DNA from: an uncultured delta proteobacterium
Lineage (GTDB): Bacteria > Desulfobacterota > Binatia > Binatales > Binataceae
DNA: 64,000 nt
Direction: 5' to 3'
NCBI GenBank assembly: GCA_963765675.1
Contig: CAVXXK010000001.1
Coordinates: 800,001 to 864,000, forward strand
Shown: positions 58,524 through 64,000 of the stretch, in pieces
How positions within the stretch are numbered: the first letter of the stretch is position 1
Layout: each line of letters begins with the position of its first letter
Notes under the pieces: generated by a model
Seen by the model: only the letters and a program-made list of their open reading frames with translations
What the model was told of the DNA's origin: nothing
The model's database searches: none
Made by a program: the position numbers and the translations under genes

Positions 58524-58861
58524 TTCGAATTTTATCGATCGCAATCGCTGCGATATTGGCGATGCTGGCACTCGCTGCGTGCGGCAAGACGCGGACGCCC
58601 GACGCGGTCGAACGCGGACGCCTGGTATACGTCACCCACTGCATCATCTGCCACAACTCGAATCCAAACCTCGACGGCGCGCAGGGTCCGGCAATCGCGG
58701 GCTCTCCGCGCGAGCTCGTCGCCGACCGCGTGCTGCATCTGACTTATCCGCCCGGCTATGCTCCCAAGCGTACGACGCACAACATGCGCGCGATGACCGA
58801 TCTGACGCCCGCGCAGATCGACGATCTCACGGCCTACCTGCGCGCCGCCGCAAAGCCTTAG
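58520..58861 (+). CDS. Monoheme cytochrome c lipoprotein
   Basis: LAAC lipobox, CIICH, distal Met (HNM). Confidence 0.85.
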   Translation: MIRILSIAIAAILAMLALAACGKTRTPDAVERGRLVYVTHCIICHNSNPNLDGAQGPAIAGSPRELVADRVLHLTYPPGYAPKRTTHNMRAMTDLTPAQIDDLTAYLRAAAKP

Positions 58862-59021
58862 GCTCGCCGCATTGGCAAAAATTGGTTGCAAGCCGAAAAC
58901 TTCGGGCGGTAGAATGATTCGAGGAAAGTCGTGGTTTCCCGCGGCTTTTGCGCTAAAAATTCTTCTTCAGACCTCATGGCCGATCGATTCGATCCGGGCC
59001 AGGAAAGGACGGTGTCGTAAA

Positions 59022-59603
59022 ATGGCTTTCGAACTTCCCAAACTGCCATACGCGATGGACGCGCTTAAGCCGAATATCTCGGCCGAGACGCTCGAGTACC
59101 ATTACGGAAAGCATCACGCGGCCTACGTGACCAACCTGAACAACCTGGTCAAAGGAACGCCGAACGAGCACAAGTCGGTCGAAGAGATTATCAAGAGCGC
59201 GCCGGCCGGCGGCCTGTTCAACAACGCGGCCCAGCATTTCAACCATAGCTTCTACTGGAAGTCGCTCGCACCGCACGCGGGTGGAGAAGCCAAAGGCCCG
59301 GTGGCCGACGCGATCAAGAAAGCCTTTGGCAGCTTCGACGACTTCAAGAAAAAGTTCAGCGAGACTGCGACCACCCATTTCGGCAGCGGGTGGGCCTGGC
59401 TGGTGAAGAGCGCCGACGGCGGAGTCGCGATCGAGGCGACCCACGATGCCGGCTGCCCAATCAAAGAAGGCAAAAAGCCGATTCTCACCTGCGACGTATG
59501 GGAGCACGCGTACTACATCGACTATCGCAACGCGCGCGCGAAGTACGTCGAGGCATTCTGGAATCTCGTCAACTGGGAATTCGCAAACGAAAATCTGAAA
59601 TAG
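59022..59603 (+). CDS. sodB: Superoxide dismutase [Fe]
   Basis: HYGKHH, FNNAAQ, FGSGWAW, DVWEHAYY. Confidence 0.95.
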   Translation: MAFELPKLPYAMDALKPNISAETLEYHYGKHHAAYVTNLNNLVKGTPNEHKSVEEIIKSAPAGGLFNNAAQHFNHSFYWKSLAPHAGGEAKGPVADAIKKAFGSFDDFKKKFSETATTHFGSGWAWLVKSADGGVAIEATHDAGCPIKEGKKPILTCDVWEHAYYIDYRNARAKYVEAFWNLVNWEFANENLK

Positions 59604-59633
59604 CGCGCCAGGCGAGTCGCGCGTTCTATATGT

Positions 59634-59671
59634 GAGCGCCGGATCCTCGAATCGGGTCCGGCGTTTCTTTT
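59634..59671 (+). terminator. Intrinsic terminator after sodB
   Basis: GAGCGCCGGATCC...GGGTCCGGCGTTT-CTTTT. Confidence 0.7.
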
Positions 59672-59678
59672 GTGGATT

Positions 59679-60515
59679 TCAGATTACGGCTTCGGCGCCT
59701 GGATGCAGATGCAGACGCGAACGCTCGTGCTCCTCGGACTCGGGGACCAGCAGCCGCGCCGCTATGATCTTGTATACGTCCGCACTCACCGCCATCCCGA
59801 CGTGCGAGCAGTGCACCTCGACATTCTCGACCAGCGGCGAGCCGCTGCGATCGATGCAACTGTCCCAGTGCACGATTCCGTCAGTGCGCGAGTATATGAC
59901 GGTGGTCGGCACGAGAGTCTGCGCTATTTCCGAGATCGAAAGCCCGCACGAACAATTCTCGGAGAGACATCCCGGCGCGCGCCCGCGCAGCCGAGCCATC
60001 GATGATGCGACCGCCTGCACCGCGCGATTGGCCGCGTCGCGCGGCCGCCTTATCGGCGACCCCATCGTGATTACGCGCTCGATCAGTTCGGGATAGCGAT
60101 GGCCGAGTTCGCGCGCGTAGATTCCGCCCAGGCTGTGGCCGATCACTACGACCGGCCCGCCGTGACGCTCGGCCACGCGCTCGATTCGCGCGCCGACCAG
60201 CTCGAGCACCTCACGCGGGCAATTCGAATTCGACCAGATTCCGGACATCACAGACCGATGACCCAGAAAGCGGCAGAAATTCGCCAGTGGCGCGAGCGTA
60301 ATGTCGCCGGCCATGAAGCCGGGAATGAACATGATCGTCTTGCCATGCCCCGGTATCGCATGGGGCCATGAGTAGGTGAGCGCGTGCAGCCACAGCATCG
60401 TGGCTTCCAGCGGGACGCGGAATTCGCCGAGCGCATCAAGCATCGACGGCCGGCGGATATCCGGATGAATATCGAGATTGTCAGTCGGAGCCGCAGCCGC
60501 TGGATTCATCTTCAT
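59679..60515 (-). CDS. Alpha/beta hydrolase (lipase/PGAP1-like)
   Basis: IPGF, GHSLGG, YSRTDGIV, SHVG. Confidence 0.9.
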   Translation of the reverse strand: MKMNPAAAAPTDNLDIHPDIRRPSMLDALGEFRVPLEATMLWLHALTYSWPHAIPGHGKTIMFIPGFMAGDITLAPLANFCRFLGHRSVMSGIWSNSNCPREVLELVGARIERVAERHGGPVVVIGHSLGGIYARELGHRYPELIERVITMGSPIRRPRDAANRAVQAVASSMARLRGRAPGCLSENCSCGLSISEIAQTLVPTTVIYSRTDGIVHWDSCIDRSGSPLVENVEVHCSHVGMAVSADVYKIIAARLLVPESEEHERSRLHLHPGAEAVI

Positions 60516-60647
60516 AGAGTGTCGCTCACCCGTCTCACCATCACCTGCGCCATCGTCACGCCCATTGTATTAGACGCAAGTAAGCAAATGTTCAATCCAA
60601 CGTAACATATGCGAAATGGATGCCGCCGGAGATAAATTAGCGCGCGG

Positions 60648-61085
60648 CTAAATGCTGAATGAAATGGCCTTCTTTCTGTTCTCCGCCAATGACTGAAGCG
60701 TGGTCCGGCGCAGGATATTGTTCACGCTTTCGCGCACCTCACGCCAAACGTCGCGCATCGGGCAGGGCTGATCCTTTGGGCAGATAGTGGCGCCGGTTTC
60801 CTCCAGGCATTCGACGGGGCAGTAGTCGCCCTCGATAATCTCGACGACGTCAGCCATCGTGATTCGCGCCGGACTCTTGGCGAGCAGGTACCCGCCACTT
60901 GGACCCTTCTGGCTCGCAACCAAGCCGCCGCGTTTGAGCTCGATCAGCAGACGGCGCAGATAGTTCTCGGGCACGCCCTGAGTGTCGGCAATCTCCTCGA
61001 CTCGGGTCGGCTGCGAGCTGGGATATCTCTCCGCGAGCATGAGGAGAGCCTTCAGAGAATAGTCTACGCCGACGCCGAATTTCAT
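60648..61085 (-). CDS. Rrf2 family regulator with Cys residues (IscR/CymR-like)
   Basis: VPENYL, GPSGGYLL, ITMADVV, CPVEC...C...C. Confidence 0.93.
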   Translation of the reverse strand: MKFGVGVDYSLKALLMLAERYPSSQPTRVEEIADTQGVPENYLRRLLIELKRGGLVASQKGPSGGYLLAKSPARITMADVVEIIEGDYCPVECLEETGATICPKDQPCPMRDVWREVRESVNNILRRTTLQSLAENRKKAISFSI

Positions 61086-61128
61086 AGAATCTAAGAGATG
61101 TTTTTAGCATATTCCGATGATTCAGGGA

Positions 61129-61178
61129 ATAGTTGACCTGTTAAGTCATCTAATTAGTTGACTAACTTGGTGATCATA
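61129..61178. promoter_or_regulatory. Two tandem IscR-type Rrf2 boxes
   Basis: ATAGTTGAC-N7-GTCATCTAA followed immediately by TTAGTTGAC-N7-GTGATCATA. Confidence 0.6.
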
Positions 61179-61209
61179 GTTACTTTTTGATCTCTGGAAG
61201 TGTCTCCAA

Positions 61210-62835
61210 GTGCCGAAACGTGAAGCTCCATCGTGGGATTTAGTCCTCAAGCGCAACTCCGTAGAGCGCTTGAAGCACGACATGTTTCCCACCGAGCTTG
61301 CCGACAATTGGCAACGCCTGGTCGATACCTCCTACGAAGCCCTGCCCGAGGAGGACATCGTCCGCCTGCAGTGGTTCGGGATGTATCACGACAAACCGAA
61401 GATCGGCACCTTCATGATGCGGGTGAAGATCCCGAGCGGGATTCTTTCGCCGAAGGGTCTGCGCACGATCGGCGAAATCTCCGAGCAGTACGGCCGCGAC
61501 CAGGGCGAACTGACGACGCGCCAGAATATCCAGCTTCATTACATCACGCTCGATAAATTTCCTGAGATTCTCGAGCAACTGAAATCCGCCGGGCTGACCA
61601 CGATGGGCGGATGCGGCGACGTGGTGCGAAATATCACCGGCTGCCCGGTTGCGGGCGTCGATCATGACGAGCTGTTCGACGTGACCGGCCTGGTCGCCGA
61701 GGCGGCGAATTTTTTCTACGGCAATCGCGATTATTCCGATCTGCCGCGCAAGCACAAAATCACGATCTCGGCGTGCCGCTACCAGTGCAACGCGCCGGAG
61801 ATCAACTGCGTCGCACTCGTGGCGACGCTCAAAGACGGACGCGAGGGTTTCGCGGTGCGCGTCGGCGGTGGACAATCGTCAACCCCGCGCCTGTCGCGTC
61901 ATCTGGGCGTGTTCATCACGCGCGAGCAGGCGATGCCGATGATGCGCGCGATTATCGACACCTGGCGCTCGACCACCGAGTACCGCATCTCGCGGGTCAA
62001 GGCGCGGCTCAAGTTCATGATCGACGATTACGGGCCTGAGGAATTCCGCAAACTGGTGCAGACGCGGCTCGATTTCCCGCTCGAGGATCTGGCTGAAATG
62101 CCGCTGGCCGAAGAAGAAAGCGATCACATGGGCGTCCACGATCAGAAAGAGGACGGCCGGTGCTACGCAGGCTTTCCGGTTTACTTGGGCACGATGACCG
62201 GCAAGCAGATGCGCGCGGTCGCGGATGTCGCGGAGGAGATCGGCGGCGATATCCGACTCACTCGGCGGCAGAATTTTATCCTGACTGGAATTCCGAAAGA
62301 TCGGCTCGAAGACATTGCCGACCGCGTCAGCGAGATCGGTTTTCCGCTCGATGCGAACGGACTGTATGCGTCGTCGATCGGATGTATCGGCGATCCGCAT
62401 TGCAACTACGCCGTCACACCGACCAAGACCAAGCTCGCGACGATTATCGAGCGCCTGGTCACCGACTTCGGCAACGACGTCGCGGGACTGAAGCTCAATC
62501 TCGACGGATGCCCTCATGCGTGCGCGCAGCACTGGACCGGAGATATAGGACTTCAGGGCACGACGGGGCGCGGACCCAACGGTGAGCCGCTCGAAGCGTT
62601 CGATATCATCCTGCGCGGAGGACTCGGACGCGACGCAGCCATCGGCAAGCCGCTCCTGCGACGAATTCCGTCGGCCAATGTCGAAGACTACGTGTCGCGC
62701 CTGTTCGCGGGCTACCTGGCGCGCCGCACCGACGGCGAATCCTTCACCCGTTTTTGCGTCCGCACCACCGACGCGGACCTGACCGCGATTGCACAGGGAA
62801 CCAATCAACCCGGCGCCGCCGAAGCCGCCGCCTGA
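61210..62835 (+). CDS. Ferredoxin-type nitrite/sulfite reductase (siroheme); sulfite reductase by context
   Basis: TTRQNIQ, DLPRKHK, CIGDPHC, GCPHAC. Confidence 0.92.
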   Translation: MPKREAPSWDLVLKRNSVERLKHDMFPTELADNWQRLVDTSYEALPEEDIVRLQWFGMYHDKPKIGTFMMRVKIPSGILSPKGLRTIGEISEQYGRDQGELTTRQNIQLHYITLDKFPEILEQLKSAGLTTMGGCGDVVRNITGCPVAGVDHDELFDVTGLVAEAANFFYGNRDYSDLPRKHKITISACRYQCNAPEINCVALVATLKDGREGFAVRVGGGQSSTPRLSRHLGVFITREQAMPMMRAIIDTWRSTTEYRISRVKARLKFMIDDYGPEEFRKLVQTRLDFPLEDLAEMPLAEEESDHMGVHDQKEDGRCYAGFPVYLGTMTGKQMRAVADVAEEIGGDIRLTRRQNFILTGIPKDRLEDIADRVSEIGFPLDANGLYASSIGCIGDPHCNYAVTPTKTKLATIIERLVTDFGNDVAGLKLNLDGCPHACAQHWTGDIGLQGTTGRGPNGEPLEAFDIILRGGLGRDAAIGKPLLRRIPSANVEDYVSRLFAGYLARRTDGESFTRFCVRTTDADLTAIAQGTNQPGAAEAAA

Positions 62836-62841
62836 ACCCAC

Positions 62842-63693
62842 ATGTCTCAACCAGAAGCGAGCACAGCCGTGGAACACGAAATCGAATTTCCCAAGCCGAC
62901 CATCGTGATGGACGAACTCGAGGCGGGCGAAGTCGCCGTCGATCTCGACGACCGCGAGCCGCAGGAAGTGCTCGCATGGACCATCGAGCGCTTCGGACGC
63001 GAAATCGCGATCTGCTCGAGCTTTCAGGCCGAAGGCTGCGTCCTGATCGACATGGCGCATCGCATCGATCCGGGGATCCGCGTGTTCACGATCGATACCG
63101 GCCGCACTCCGCAGGAAACCTACGACCTGATCGACAAAGTGCGCGAGCGCTACGGGATCAAGGTCGAGACCTTCATGCCCGACACCAGCGTCGCGCAGCA
63201 GATGGTCACGAAGCACGGCAACAATCTTTTTTATCGCGACGTAAATCTGCGCCTGCTCTGCTGCCAGGTGCGCAAGGTGCTGCCGCTGCGCAAAGCCTTG
63301 ATGAATTACAGCGGATGGATTACCGGACTGCGCCGCGACCAATGGGCCACGCGCTCGAATATCCGCAAGCTCGAAATCGATCATGACCACGGCGGGATCG
63401 TGAAAGTCGCGCCACTGGCCGATTGGACCGAAGAAGAGGTCTGGGACTATATCCGCGCCCACGACGTTCCCTACAACGCCCTCTACGACAAGGGCTTCAA
63501 GTCGATCGGATGCGCTCCGTGCACCCGCGCGGTCGGCGAGGGACAGGACCCGCGCGCCGGGCGCTGGTGGTGGGAAACGGGCGCGCCCAAGGAATGCGGG
63601 ATGCACTGCTCAATCGAGACCGGCGGCTTCGAGCATGAGCTCGCGGCCCTGCTGGGTCATCGCGAGATGACCGGCGACGGCGACGGAGTCTGA
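62842..63693 (+). CDS. cysH: APS/PAPS reductase with Fe-S ligands
   Basis: IDTG, CCQVRK, TGLRRDQ, SIGCAPCT, GRW, ECGMH. Confidence 0.94.
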   Translation: MSQPEASTAVEHEIEFPKPTIVMDELEAGEVAVDLDDREPQEVLAWTIERFGREIAICSSFQAEGCVLIDMAHRIDPGIRVFTIDTGRTPQETYDLIDKVRERYGIKVETFMPDTSVAQQMVTKHGNNLFYRDVNLRLLCCQVRKVLPLRKALMNYSGWITGLRRDQWATRSNIRKLEIDHDHGGIVKVAPLADWTEEEVWDYIRAHDVPYNALYDKGFKSIGCAPCTRAVGEGQDPRAGRWWWETGAPKECGMHCSIETGGFEHELAALLGHREMTGDGDGV

Positions 63694-64000
63694 TGACGCC
63701 AGGCGACGACGCGCCGTCTTGCGGCGGCGAACCGCTTGCGCTCGACGCGCTGCAGCGCGACATCCTGCTCCCGCAAATCCAGGCATTTATCGACGCCACG
63801 GCAGATCCCAGCGCGCGCGAGGTCTATGTCACACTCAAAGCCGCGGTCGAGGCGATGGAGATCGCGCCGGCCGATTTGCAGGCGCGTCTCGGCGCGATCG
63901 TCGAGGTAGCGCTCCAGAGCGGGCGCATAAGAAGGCTGTTCGGTCCGGGCGCCGAGCTATCGCTAAATGCGCTCTTCCAAAAAACTCCGCGCGGCCGTGA
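63693..64000 (+). CDS. Hypothetical protein, runs off the window end
   Basis: ATG overlaps the cysH stop (TGATG); frame stays open: MTPGDDAP...LPQIQAFIDAT...LFQKTPRGR. Confidence 0.65.
   Translation, partial: MTPGDDAPSCGGEPLALDALQRDILLPQIQAFIDATADPSAREVYVTLKAAVEAMEIAPADLQARLGAIVEVALQSGRIRRLFGPGAELSLNALFQKTPRGR

Noticed and set aside
61879-63606. 575-aa minus-strand ORF
   Set aside because: Antisense shadow of the sulfite reductase and cysH genes
1-64000. CRISPR arrays, rRNA, IS elements, prophage genes
   Set aside because: No regularly spaced repeats, rRNA-like sequence, transposase or phage hallmark proteins detected by eye

Overview
GC-rich bacterial chromosomal window. Gene content (two DUF1329 paralogues, amidohydrolase, CoA-transferase, amine dehydrogenase mauAB) resembles Candidatus Binatia/Binatota, which is an inference only. 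It holds many metabolic genes, a histidine kinase-KaiC-like-receiver module, tRNA-Sec, aguAB, a NotI-family type II restriction-modification pair, the core ffs-dnaX-ybaB-recR block, Fe-SOD and an Rrf2-linked sulfate-assimilation operon. The most unusual part is a ~12 kb Kdp region (about 23.1-35.1 kb). It has two kdpA paralogues, one with altered selectivity-filter motifs, plus a degenerate P-II-like gene, an extra small membrane peptide beside kdpF and an enlarged KdpC. A PAS kinase/sigma54 activator pair replaces KdpD/KdpE, and a TTTCA-N3-TGAA motif recurs at phased distances upstream of three sigma54 promoters. The region begins at a decayed duplicate of the mauA 3' half. About nine small frameshifts in otherwise intact genes suggest assembly indel errors. 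All calls come from motif recognition by eye; no database searches were run.
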